From: Hypanus sabinus
Lineage: Eukaryota
NCBI RefSeq assembly: GCF_030144855.1
Contig: NC_082710.1
Span: forward strand, 165,230,001 to 165,294,000
Reading direction: 5' to 3'
Length of the DNA: 64,000 bases
Shown: piece after piece, positions 24,890 to 37,414 of the stretch
Layout of the letters: each line of letters starts with the position of its first letter
Position numbering within the stretch: the stretch's first letter is position 1
Made by a program: the position numbers and the translations under genes
Notes under the pieces: model-generated
What the model was told of the DNA's origin: nothing
Databases searched by the model: none
Seen by the model: only the letters and a program-made list of their open reading frames with translations

Positions 24890-25110
24890 AGTTTCTGGGG
24901 TGGCACAATACCAAAGTGGTTAGTGTAAGGCTATTACAGAGGAAGTGACTCAGGTTTATTCCCTTCTGCTGTCTGCGAAAAGATTGTACGTTTTCCCCAT
25001 GCTTGTGTGGGTTTTCTCCGGGTGCCCTGGTTACCTCCCATATTCCAAAGATGTATGGGTGAGGAGGGTAATTGTCCATATTGGTGTAATGAGCAGCACT
25101 ACCACATTTG
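24890..25110 (+). mobile_element. tRNA-derived SINE (HE1/V-SINE-like), degenerate
   Basis: GGTGGCACAATACCAAAGTGGTTAG head and GTGGGTTTTCTCCGGGTGCCCTGGTTACCTCCCA core. Confidence 0.6.
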
Positions 25111-26239
25111 GACCGGAATTTGACAACTCTAGATAGAGCGAAATCTTAAGTGTTTCCTATTATGTGTAATTAACTTCACATATATTTTGTGACAAGTTAC
25201 AGGCAATCGACACTAAATTGCTGAACTTTAGGGTATAAGCATCAGAAAGTGTTGGCAGGTTAATTATAAATATTTTGTTTCAACCACAGATCAAACTCAG
25301 GGAAAAATAAAGCCACTAACTTGACAGCAGAAAGAGAACAAAATGCAGTTTCAGATAAGCCACGAACACAAGCCCAAGAAAGTTATTTTCTCTTTTGAAA
25401 CCTGAATTGACTGTTTTCTCCAATCCATAAGCACTTCACGCAAGAACATATTCCGTCCTATTGTTTGTGCCGTTCTCCTTGCATCTGTGGCTTGTGGCCA
25501 TGGAACGATATGCTAATAGAAAATATCAAGGTGTATAAGATGATAAGAGTGGACAGCCATTCGGAAGTTGCAAACATAAGAGAGCATAATTTTATAGTAA
25601 TTTGGATGATACTATAGGTATCAGAGATAGTTTTTTTTACACAGAAAGTGGTTGCTGCATGGAACGTGGAGCCCAGGGAGATGGTAAAGGTGGATACATT
25701 AGAGAGATTTATGAGATTCTTAGATACACACGTGGATGAAAAGAAGATATAAGGCAATGTGGGAGGGAAGAAGTGCCTTTACTATGCTAGGACTTGCTGG
25801 CATATTGCCATCTCCCCCACCCTATGACACCCTATACTCAGCGTTCTCACCACCATCCTTTGAGATACGTTTGTGTACCAATTATACATCAGAAGATTCA
25901 TGACAGTCTGGACGATAATAAATGATTCGTACAGTCAGGTGGAGTAGAGATGAGCTTAACCTTAAATCTCAGATTTAGAGTAGTATCTGTGAAGTTGAAC
26001 TTGAGTGATTCCCTCCCGTTGCAGTCAAGCTCTGATTGACCCATAGATGGGGCCAGAATCATAGGGCAGCTAAGCTAAGTCAGGAGCTTTATACTCAGGC
26101 TGCACAATCTTAAAAATTACTGATCTATCTCAGAACTGACCTGGTCCGTTCTAAGGGTATTGAGATTAGAATAGAAATGAAATAGATTGCTTTCACTCTT
26201 TAATAAAAGTTTACAGGGGATGAAAAATTTATGGGAGAT

Positions 26240-29200
26240 GGAAGCCAATGTGAATAGGATGGCTGATAAAACAAACCAAAGATCGTGTGCAGTCAGACTG
26301 TCAGGAAGGGCAGGCAGATGATAGGACAAAATTGCAACCAGCTAGGTTGAGTATCAGTGCATTCAGGATGCAGAATCAAAAAGGATAGAAAATATAGTAC
26401 TTAACATGTTATATCTCAATGCATGGTGTATAAGGAATAAAGTGGATGAACTTGTTGCACTTTTACAGATGTTCGGGTATGATGTTGTGGCCATCACTGA
26501 ATTGTGGCTGAAGAATGGTTTAGTTGTGAGCTGAATGTCCAAGGTTACACATTGTATCGGAGGGAGAGGAACATAGGCAGAAGGGGTGCTGTTGCTCTGC
26601 TGGTATAGAATGGCATCAAATCATTAGAAAGATGTGACATAGGACTGGAAGACGTTGAGTCCTAGTGGATTGAGTTTAGAAACTGCCAGGGTAAAAGTGC
26701 CCTGATGGCAGTTATAGACAGGCCAACAAACATTAGCTGGGAAATGGACTAAAGGTTACAAGTGGAAATAGAAAAGGCGTGTCAGAAGGGCTATGTTATG
26801 ATAGGCAAGAGACATTTTAATATGCAGGTCGATTGGGGAAAATTAGGTTGGTAATGGATCTCAAGAGAGTGAATTTGTTGAATGCCTACAAGATGGCTTT
26901 TTAAGAGCAGTTTGTCAGTGAGCCTGCCAGGGGATCTGCTAAGCTAGATTAGGTGTTATGTAATGATCGAAAAGCAATTATGGAGATAAGGTAAAGGGAC
27001 ACTTAGGAGGCAGTGACTGCGATACCACTGAGTTCAAATTGAAATTTGATAGGGAGAAAATAAAGTCTGACATAGCAGTACTTCTGTTGAGTAAAGGAAA
27101 GTACAGTGGCATGAGAGAGAAGTTGGCCGATGTAAATTGGAAGGAGATGCTCGCAGGGATGATAGCAGAGCAGCAGAGGCATGAGTTTCTGGAAAAAATG
27201 AGGAGGTGCAGGACATGTGTATTCCAAAAAGAAAGAAATACTGAAATGCTAAAACAGTACAACAGTAGCTGACAAGGGCAGTCAGAGCTAATGTAAAAGC
27301 AAAAGGGAGGGCATACAACAAAGCAAAAATTAGTGGGAGGGTTGGGAATCTTTTCAAAACCTACAGAAAGCAATTAGAAGAATGATTAGGAGGGATAAGA
27401 TGAAATATGAAAGCAAGCTAGCAAACAATAAATATCAAGGTGGATAGAAAAATCTTTTTCAAGTTTATAAAAAATAAAAGTGAGATGAGAGTGGATATAG
27501 GACTGCTAGAAAATGAGGCCAGACAAATAATAACGGGGAACAAGGAAATGGCAGATGAACTACATGAGTATTTTGCATCAGTCTTCACTGTGGAAGACAC
27601 TAGCAGTGTGCCAGGTGTTGAAGGAATGAGAGAAGTGAGTGCAGTTACTGTTATGAGGGAGAAGATGCTCAAAAAGCTGAAAGACGTAAAGGTCCATATG
27701 TCACACGGACAAAAGGACTTGCACCCTAGGGATCTGAAAGAGGTGGCAGCATTAGGAATGATCTTTTAAGAATTATTACACTTTGGCGTGGTTCCAGATA
27801 AATGGAATATTGCAAATGTCACTCCACTCTCTGAGAAAGGAGGAAAACAGCAGAAAGGAAACTACAGAACAGTTAGCCTGACCTCAGTGGTTGAGAAGAT
27901 GTTGGAGGCAATTTTTTAAGGATGAGTTTATGGAATACTTGGTGATACAGGACAAGATAGGACAAGGTCAGCATGGTTTCCTTAAAGGAAAATCGTGCCT
28001 GACATAACTGTTGGAATCCTTTGAGGAGATTACAAGTAGGCTAGATAAAGGGTATGCAGTGGATATTGTATATTTGGATTTTCAGAAGTCCTATGACAAG
28101 GTGCCACACATGAGGCTGCTTACCAAGTTAAGAGCCCATGGAATTACAGCAAAGTTATTAGCATATTTAAAGCATTGGCTGATAGGTAGGAGGCAGTGAG
28201 TTGGAATAAAGGAATCCTTTTCTGGTTGGCTCATAGTGTTCTGCAGCGGTCGGTGTTAGGACCACTTCTTTTTATGTTGTATATCAATGATTTAGATGAT
28301 GGAATGGATGGCTGTGTTGCCCAGTTTGCAGATGATTTGATAATTGGTGGAGTGACAGGTAATGTTGGGAACGAGGAAGGCTGCAGAAGGACTAGGAGAA
28401 TGGGCACAAATGTGGCAAATGAAATAAATGTTGGAAAATGCATGGTCATGTGCTTTGGTAGAAGAAATAAATGTGCAGAATATTTTCTAAATGGGGAGAT
28501 AATCACAAAACCTCAGATGCAAAGAGACTTGGGAGTCCTTGTGGAGAATACCCTAAAGGTTATGTCAATGGTTATGTCAGGTTATGCAGGTTATGTCAGT
28601 AGTTATGTCAGGTTATGCAGGTTATGTCAGTGGTTATGTCAGGTTATGCAGGTTATGTCAGTGGTTATGTCAGGTTATGCAGGTTATGTCAGTGGTAAGG
28701 AAGACAAAGGCAATGCTAGTATTCATTTCAAGTGGCCTAGAATATATAGAATTCAAGGGATGCGATGCTGAGGCTTTATAAGCCAGTGGTAGGGCCTCAC
28801 TTTGAGTACTATTAACTGTTTTGGGCTCCTTATCAAAGAAGAGATATGCTGGCATTGGAGAGAGTTCAGAGGAGGTTCTCAAGGATGATTCCAGAAATGA
28901 AAGGTTTACTATATGAGGAGCATTTGCTGGCTCAGGGGCTGTACTCACTGGTATTTCGGTCAATGGGGGGGGGGGGGGATCTTATTAAACTCTATCAAAC
29001 GTTGAAAGGAGTAGACAGAGTAGATGTGGAAAGAATGCTTCTCATCGTGTAGGTGTCTGGGAGAAGAGGGCACAGTCTCAGGATAGACGGGCATCATTTA
29101 AAAAAGAGATGCAGAGAAATTTATTTAGCCAGAGGTTGGTGAGTTTGTTACCACAGGCAGCTGTGGATGCCAGGTCATTGGGTCTATTTAAGGCAGAGAT

Positions 29201-29348
29201 TGATAGATTCTTGATTGGCCATAGCATAATAAGTTATGAGTGAAGGCCAGGGAGTAGGGCTGAGAAGGGCCAAGTAAGAGTTGTGATTGAATGGTGGAGC
29301 AGAGTCGATGGACCAAATGGCCTTATTCTGCTTCTATATCTTATGGTC
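26240..29348 (+). mobile_element. Long degenerate CR1 (APE + RT + 3' end)
   Basis: Fragments VDIVYLDFQKSYDKVPH, LGPLLFMLYINDLD, FADD, LALERVQRRFSRMIP; ends about 20 nt from the exon-3 donor. Confidence 0.9.
28558..28695 (+). repeat. 31-bp minisatellite (4 copies) made of GTTATG(T)CAG subunits inside CR1
   Basis: Units start at 28571, 28602, 28633 and 28664. Confidence 0.9.
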
Positions 29349-29367
29349 CTAAGGGCAATGTACCAAC

Positions 29368-29655
29368 CTTCAGGGACTGGACAGAGCTTTCTGAGATCCA
29401 CACTCGTAGTTGCCTCACTGACAGGGTTCCTCACTGTGCAGTTGTACACTCTGTTATCACTCGGCCTTAAGGACAATTCCAGTCTTCTCCCTCCGTCAGT
29501 CAGTACATGTGACTCATCAGCCGTGACCTCATCACCTCCTGTCCACCAAGTGTAAACTGGCTCCGAGCCACGCTCCAGTAAACAGTGCAAACTGATGTTA
29601 CATACCTCATCTGTGAGGAACTTGCTGATATTTATTACTGGTGTTGATACAGGTT
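29368..29655 (-). CDS. CD2/SLAM-family receptor exon 3 (IgC2 domain)
   Basis: 288 bp, phase 1/1; acceptor CTCTTATAAACAG, donor GAAG/GTTGGT; EPVSTPVINI...CNISLHC...YTW...YNCTVRNPVS...LC shows the four-Cys CD2/SLAM C2 pattern. Confidence 0.92.
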
Positions 29656-30204
29656 CTGTTTATAAGAGAAACACAAATACAGATAATGGTTTCTCAACAA
29701 GTAGCTATTACCCATGAGCCTCTCATGAGAACTTTTGATATGGGACTAGGAGAAACCTGCTCTGCCATTCAACAATCTCATTTTTACACTATCCTAAATT
29801 CCTTTAAAATACAAAGCATCTATTTACTATAGTATTGATAGACCTTAATAATTAGGGCTCCCCAATGTTCCAAAGTAGACCTAACTCTAGCCTTCTTAGT
29901 CTGGGCAGATACCTCCAAAGCATCCACTGTCTTAAGACTTTTAAAATCTATTTCTTAAGTTTCAGTGAGTTCACCTCTCTTTCTTTTAAGCTGTAAGGGA
30001 TATAGGTGTACTCCATTCAGTCTCTTTTTTGGGAACCCCAGCAATGGCAGGAACCAGACTGCTGAATTCATTTAGAACTCCCATAACAAAGTGTGCCAAA
30101 GTTTTTTATAAGATCAAGTGGAACTTGTGTGAACAGTTTTATGAGTATTAGGAACATTCCTTACCCATGTTATTCATATTCCAACTGGATTCCCAAAAAG
30201 CAAG

Positions 30205-31800
30205 CACAAAAGACTAGTAACACACACAAAATGCTGGTGGAACGCAGCAGGCCAGGCAGCATCTATAGGAAGAATCACAGTTGACGTTTCAGGCTGAGAC
30301 CCTTCGTCAGGACTAACTGAAAGTAATGATAATAAGAGATTTGAAAGTAGGAGGGCAAGGGGGAAATCCAAACTCATAGGAGAAGACCGGAGGGGGAGGG
30401 GTGAAGCTAAGAACTGGAAAGGTGATTGGCGAAAGTGATACAGAGCTGGAGAAGGGAAAGGATCATGGGACGGGAGGCCTCAGGAGAAAGAAAGGGGGAG
30501 GGGAGCACCAGAGGGAGATGGAGAACAGGCAAGGAGTGATTGTGAGAGGGGCAGAGAGAGAGAAAAAGGAGTGGGGGAATAAATAAATAAATAGATAGAT
30601 AGATAGATAGATAGACAGATAAATAAATAAATAAGGCATGGGGTGAGAAGTGGAGGAGGGGCATTAATGGAAATTAGAGAAATCAATGTTCATGCCATCA
30701 GGTTGGAGGCTATCCAGATGGAATGTAAGGTGTTGTTCCTCCATCCTGAGTGTGGCTTCATCTTGACAGTAGAGGAGGCCATGGATAGACATATCAGAAT
30801 AGGAATGGGACGTGGAATTAAAATGTGTGACCACTGGGAGATCCTGCTTTTTCTGGCAGCCCGAGCGTAGGTGATCAGTGAAATGGTTTCCCAGTCTGCA
30901 TCAGGTCTCACCAATATATAGAGGGCCACACCGGGAGCACCGGACGCAGTATACGACACCAGCCGATTCACAGGTGAAGTGTCGCCTCACCTGGAAGGAC
31001 TGTCTGGGGCCCTGAATAGTGGTGAGGGAGGAAGTGAACGGGCAGGTGTAGCACTTGTTCTGCTTACAAGGATATGTGCCAGGAGGGAGATCGGTGGGAA
31101 GGGATGGGGAGGGGGGGTAAGTGAATGGACAAGGGAGTCACATAGATCCCTGTGGAAAGCAGAAAGTGGGAGGGGGGGGGAAAGATGTGCTTGGTAGTGG
31201 GATCCCGTTGGTGGTGGCAGAAGTTACGGAGAATTATATGTTGGACCCGGAGGCTGTTGGGGTGGTAGGTGAGGACAAGGAGAACCCTATCCCGAGTGGG
31301 GTGGCGGGTGGATGGGGTGAGAGCAGATGTGCGTGAAATGGGAGAGATGCGTTTGAGAGCAGAGTTGATGGTGGAGGAACCAGCATGTTTAAAAAAGGAA
31401 GACATCTCCTTAATCCTGGAATGAAAAGCCTCATCCTGAGAGCAGATGCACTTACAGTAGATATCAGTAGATAAACCGTCTCCCGAGATGGAGACAAAAA
31501 GATCAAGAAAGAGGAGGGAGGTGTCGGAAATGGACCAGGTAAATTTGAAGGCAGGGTGAAAGTTGGAGGCAAAGTCTGCTCAATGGAGGAGAGTGGTTGT
31601 AGAGGGGAACTGGTTAGGTCTGGAATACAAAAAGAAGCAAGGAGCTTTGAGACCTTCCTGGTGGGGGATGGAGGTATATAGGGACTGGACGTCCATGCTG
31701 AAAATAAGGTGGTGGGGCCAGGGACCAGTACAAGTTTCTGCTGTGTTTGACTTGCACACCTCTTCTGTGCTGTGTAATTCTCCTTCCAAGTAGTAAGGAG
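30205..31800 (-). mobile_element. Penelope-like element (RT and GIY-YIG remnants)
   Basis: Minus fragments MDVQSLYTSIPHQEGL, RDRVLLVLTYHP, VVYCVRCSRCGPLYIGET. Confidence 0.85.
30585..30634. repeat. Compound (AAAT)n(AGAT)n microsatellite
   Basis: AATAAATAAATAAATAGATAGATAGATAG...ATAAATAAATAA. Confidence 0.9.
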
Positions 31801-32273
31801 ATGTTAATGCTGCTGATGTCCCCTCACATCACTGACTGAGCAATGTGGTTTCTGGGACAAAAGGATGAGCACACAGATAGCAGCAAGAATTCACTTTAAG
31901 ACATGGGTTTCTAAATTGAGATCCACAAACTTCTTGCTTTGTGGATTTTGTCCATGGCATGAAAATGATTGGGAACCCTCGCTTCAAGAGCTCATCTACA
32001 CTAAATCAGATGACTTGGGGCCCTCTCCCTGAAACAGTTATCCACTTCCCTGATATCAGTATTTAAACAGGGCTTCAGACCGGTTCCTTAACAAAAATAT
32101 ATAGGGATATATAGGTGTGGCCCTCTATATATTGTTGCATCTTTTTGCTGCATCTGAGCAGAGTTTTGAAATTCCTTCTCCACAGGCTTTGGCTCAGACC
32201 ACAAACATCTCCCCTTTCATCCTTAATTACTTTAAAACTGTTAGATCAGAAAAAATAATTAAAATGATATTAC

Positions 32274-32603
32274 CATAAACTCGCAGTTCCGTCACTTCTA
32301 GATGGAGATCTGTATCTGTTCTTGCATTTATTTCATACAGACCTTCATCACTGTCTGTTAGGTTCCATATTTCCAAGCTGTAGTCCTTTGGATTTAATTT
32401 CATCCTCTCTCTGATACACTCTGTTGCACTGTTTTTATATTTCAAACATAACAGAACCATTTTTCGATTAGATGGATATACGTAATCCCAAGTAATGATT
32501 GAAATGTTTTCTCCTGGCACATTTCCTGACAAAGTGACTGACTGTCCCAGTGTCCCATTCACCACACGACGAGTAACCGGATTCCCATCGGACTCTGCCA
32601 GAA
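32274..32603 (-). CDS. CD2/SLAM-family receptor exon 2 (IgV domain lacking the canonical disulfide)
   Basis: 330 bp, phase 1/1; branch point and acceptor CTAATGCTTTGTCTTTCTGTTACAG, donor TATG/GTAATA; GQSVTLS...ITW...YSLEIWNLTDSDEGLYEI...LRVY. Confidence 0.92.
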
Positions 32604-32699
32604 CTGTAACAGAAAGACAAAGCATTAGATTCATTAGTCCCAGTGTGTTGGTGTCCACATTTCCACAGCATGTCGCAAACCTAAGGGATAAATGGAAGC

Positions 32700-33720
32700 G
32701 ATGAAGTCAAGTTTATTGTCATTTAACTACATACATGTATATAATGTATATAACAATATAATGTATATTAGAATGAGACAATGTATCTTTGAACCAGGCT
32801 GTAAAGCACTGTAGTACACATAACACACATAGCACATGATAACTTATTAAGGTAAAGAGAAGATCTACAAATGAATCACACATAAAGAACAGACTGAAGT
32901 ACCTTAATCTTAAATCTTATTAATACAGAACAGATTAGCCAGTGACACTTCGAATATGATGCAACAGGGAGTTCAGAAGCCTAATGGCCCATGGGAAGGA
33001 ATTGTTTCTCATCCTGACCATTCTTGTTTTTATGCATCATGGCCTCCTACCTGATGGTAGAAAGTCAAAGGGAATGCTGCATGGATGGATGGGACTCTTA
33101 ATAGTATGAAGGACCTTGCATACGCAGTGCTCCTGATAAACGTCCCTGATAGATGGTAGGGAGATACCCATGATCCTCTCAGCTGTTCTCACCATCTTTT
33201 GTAGGGACTTCGATCTTATGCTCGGCTGCTCCCATTACCAGCTGGAAATGTAACTTGTTGTGATGCTGTCAATGGTGCTCCTGTAAAATGCAATTAAAGT
33301 GGGGGGTGGGAGCCTTGCTGCCTCAATCTTCTTAGGAAGTGGAGGTGCTACTGTGCCTTTTTAATCAGGGAGGTGATATTAAGGGACCAGGTGAGGTCAT
33401 CTGTGGTGTGAGCTCCCAGGAATTTGGGGTACTTAACTCTCTCTATGGAACAGCCATGTATTCTCAGTCGGTAATAGTTCATGTGCACCTTCCTGAAGTC
33501 CACAGTGATTTGCTTGCCTTCTCCATGTTCAGGCTTAGGTTGTTCTTCTCACACCAATTCACCAGCCACCCAACTTCTGTCTCATAATCATTCTTCATAA
33601 GGCCAACCACTGTTGTTTCATCCACAAACTTGAGCTGGATCCCACGACACAGTCATGTGTCAGCAATGTGAAGAACAGTGGGCTGAGCACACAGCCTTGG
33701 GAATAACCAGTGCTCAGCGT
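32700..33720 (-). mobile_element. Rex/Babar LINE 3' fragment
   Basis: RT remnant on the minus strand and a GTCAAGTTTATTGTCATT tail. Confidence 0.7.
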
Positions 33721-33789
33721 AATGGGATGAGCCCATTTGGACTGACTGTGGCCTTACTGTTCAGAAGTCCAGTATCCAATTGCAGGAAC

Positions 33790-34490
33790 AATGCAGATAC
33801 ATAATTCCCTAAAAGTGGCATCACAAGTAGATAGGGTAGTAAAGAGAGCTTTTGGTACATTGGCCTTTATAAATCAAAGTATTGAGTATAAAAGTTGGAA
33901 TGTAATGGTGAGGTTGTACAAGACATTGGTGAGACCAAATTTGGAGTATTGTGTGCAGTTTTGGTCACCTAATTACAGGAAGGATATTAATAAGGTTGAA
34001 AGAGTGCAGAGAAGGTTTACAAGGATGTTGCCGGGACTTGAGAAATTGAGTTACAGAGAAAGGTTGAATAGGTTAGGACTTTATTCCCTGGAGCATAGGA
34101 GAATGAGGGGTGATTTGGTAGAGGTGTATAAAATTATGATGGGTATAGATAGAGTGAATGCAAGCAGGCTTTTTCCACTCAGGCTAGGGGAGAAAAAAAA
34201 CAGAGGACATAGGTTCAGGGTGAAGGGGGAAAAGTTTAAAGGGAACATTGGGGGGGGGGGCTTCTTCACGCAGAGAGTGGTGGGATTGTGGAATGAGCTG
34301 CCAGATGCAGTGGTGAATGCAGGCTCACTTTTAACATTTAAGAAAAACTTGGACAGGTATATGGATGAGAGGGGTTTGGAGGGATATGGCCCAGGTGCAG
34401 GTCAGTGGGACTAGGCAGAAAAATGGTTCAGCACAGCCAAGAAGGGCCAAAAGGCCTGTTTCTGTGCTGTAATGTTCTATGGTTCTATGG
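33790..34490 (+). mobile_element. 5'-truncated young CR1
   Basis: 207-aa ORF 33791..34414 (LVRPNLEYCVQFWSP...FFTQRVVGLWNEL) with TTCTATGGTTCTATGG tail. Confidence 0.92.
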
Positions 34491-35095
34491 AAGAGTTGAG
34501 AACCAGCAAAGACAGTTTCCCCACCAGTTTCTGAGGTATAAATGTGTTGAACGCTGAACTGAATCTATAAACAGCAGTCTGGCATATGAAATTCCAGGTG
34601 GGACAGGACAGAGTGGAGGGCAGAGGCTATTGCATCGTCAGTCATTCACGTTAAGTGATAGGTGAACTGGAAAGGGTCCAATGTAGCTATGAGAATGGCT
34701 TTAAAGTACTCCATGACCAGACGCTCAAAACATTTCATAACAGTTGATGTTAATGCCACCAGATGATAGTCATTTAGGCAGGTTACTGTGAACTCCTTTG
34801 CGGGCGGGCAGTGCTCACAAGGCTGATAGAATTCTTCAAAGAAGAGACAAAGCACTTTGATAAAAGTAGCACAATGGAAGTTGTGTTTACGGATTTTGGT
34901 AAAGCATTTGACAAGAAACCTTGACTATGTGAAGTCAGAATTGACTTGCTCACCAAAGGAGCCAAAGGTGGTAGTAGATGGAAAATACCCAGAGAAACAC
35001 TAATGGTCAATGACAAGTAGTGAAGCACAAGGGCCTGTTCTGGGACATTTGCTCAGTGATTTTTATGACTTACCCCTCTCCCCCATGGTAAGTAA

Positions 35096-35896
35096 GGCTA
35101 CATCCACACCACGGCGTTTTCATTCCCCAAAACTGGAACTTTTCAGAAACACTTTCCAGGATGGGTATTTTTGAAAACACTGCTCCAGCAGATCAGTATG
35201 GACGTGGTAACTGGAGACTTCTGAAAATGTTGTCAGACGGCTGCGTGCTATTTCATTGTTTTCTTGAATGCAACCTAACGATTTCAGAACAGACGGCAAA
35301 GAGACTGAAGCCAGAAGAGGTAGAAATGTACTCACCAAATACTTTGACCCATAACTTACTGAATAAGTATATTCACTTTGCCCTGTTTTCTGTCCTTGCT
35401 CATATGAAGGTGGTTGACCTATTTATGCAAGTACTTCCCTGACAATAGATGCGTAACAGCCTAATGTAACATTATATGGAAATACAAGATAACACTGATG
35501 CAGACATGTTTTATACATTTAACAAAATGCTTTATTAATGCAACAGAGTTAGTCAGTTTTTCAATGTTCGTCGTCAGCCGGGTCAACCTGTCCGTGAACT
35601 CCCTGTCAGTTGCCACCGTACACTCCAGTATTTGTTTTTTTTTAAGTTTTAAGTTCTCCTGCACGAGAGCCAACAAATGTCCTTTTTTAATAGATCTTCT
35701 AGTCTGTAACTACACAAACGCGCACTTTTACGGCGAGATTTGAAACCAAACATGTCGCTTGTTTTCGGAAGATGAGTCCTGTGCATGCGCAGCAGGAGGA
35801 GATTCGCCGAAATCTCTGTTTCAGTGTGGATAGAGATCTTTTCAAAAACGCAAAACCGGCGTTTTCAAACTTATCCGGTCTAGTGTGGATGTTGCC
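35096..35896. mobile_element. PIF/Harbinger-type non-autonomous element with TAA TSD
   Basis: TIRs GGCTACATCCACAC / GTGTGGATGTTGCC; TAA on both sides. Confidence 0.8.
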
Positions 35897-37414
35897 TAAA
35901 TTTACCATTGTATCAAGTGTGAACTTGTTGCCGTTCCGAGATATTGGTGTAAGATTACCCTGGGTTTTCCCATTATAACATGCAGTAAAAGGAATGTTAT
36001 ATGTTATTTGAGGAAACCTTCCCTATTTGTTTGGCTTGTAGGGAGTGAACCCTCTCCAGACAACATGCTGGTCCCTGTGAATCCTTGACAAGAGATGCAG
36101 GTGTATTAGACATGGGCAATTTCCAAACAGCTGCTGCAGCTAGGTAACCATTAATAACATGAAATAAATCTTCCGATCTGCAGCCTGCAATTCTGAAAGG
36201 ATGTCTTAAATCTGAGTACACTCGCACCGATGGTTAAGCACATAAATACATTAACATCTACCCTGAAGCTCCAGAGTCCAGTTGCATTACAAGTTGTAAA
36301 TGAATAATGTAAAAGTTAAATTTATTTCTGTGAGAATGAGCTCTTTACAGCAGCAGCACAGTACATTACAAACATGGCGTATATAAATTACTGTTCACAA
36401 ACATAAATTGACATATGTTATACGTAAATTGAATGACAGAATAAAAATAACAAAATGATGTTAGTGCAAATTGAGACACAGATTTAGGGACTTACAGGCC
36501 TATCAAGCATAGGGACGGGTATTGGAGGGTGGTAAATGTTTTTCCTTTGTTTAAGAAAGGTAATAAGGATAATTTTTTAGGAATTATGGACCCGTGATCT
36601 TATATCAGTGTTGGACAAACTGTTGGAGAGGATTCTTAGAGACAGAATTGATCATCATTTGGAAGAGCATGGTTTGATCATGATTAGTCAGCATGGATTT
36701 GTAAAGGGCAGGCAATTCTTCAAGGAAGGGACAGAACACTTTGATAAAAGTAGCAGATTGGATGTCATGTATATGGATTTTGGTAAAGCATTTGACAAAG
36801 CTCATTCAGGTGCTCTGAAGATTCAAGGATTCAAGGAATATTGGCTATGTGGAGTCAGAAATGACTTGCCCACAGAAGGAAGAGAGTGGCAGTAGATGGA
36901 AAATACACAGTGAAACAGCAAAGCTCAATGACAAGTAGTGATGCACAGGGGTCTGTTCTGGGACTCTTAGCCACAGTGATTTTTACGACATAGATGAGGG
37001 AGTGGAAGGGTGATTAGTAAGTTTGCACATGACATAAAATTGACTGGTGTTGTGGATAACATAAAAGGTTGCTGTAGGTTTCAACAGGACATTGGTAGGA
37101 AACAGAGAATTGGCTGAGCAGATACAGTTTAAACTAGGACATTGATAAGATGCAGAAACTTGGGCTAAGAAAAGGCTAATAGAGTGCAATCTGGAAAAGT
37201 ACTAAGTGATAACACTTTAGAAAGTGGAACTAACTTATCTTATAAGATAAATTAGCGCATATTTTTTCCAATATAAATCCCACCTGTATCCCACCTTTCA
37301 TTCAATATTTTCATATGATCTAATTTTTTTTTACTTTTTTTTTAGGTAATCTTTTTTCCTCTGTGAAGTTTTAGATTTGACCAGAAGGATTTTTCCTTTT
37401 TTAAAATTATATCC
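35272..37414 (+). repeat. Segmental duplication copy 1 (continues 42961-43710 after the L1)
   Basis: Homologous to 43826-46230 (direct) and to 49618-51440 (inverted). Confidence 0.9.

Noticed and set aside
28558-28695. Regular repeat array as possible CRISPR-like structure
   Set aside because: No unique spacers; eukaryotic context; a simple minisatellite
32604-32671. Apparent in-exon signal peptide MDTNTLGLMNLMLCLSVT in ORF 32227..32658
   Set aside because: The hydrophobicity comes from the branch point and polypyrimidine tract; a proper signal exon with a phase-1 donor exists at 53637-53706
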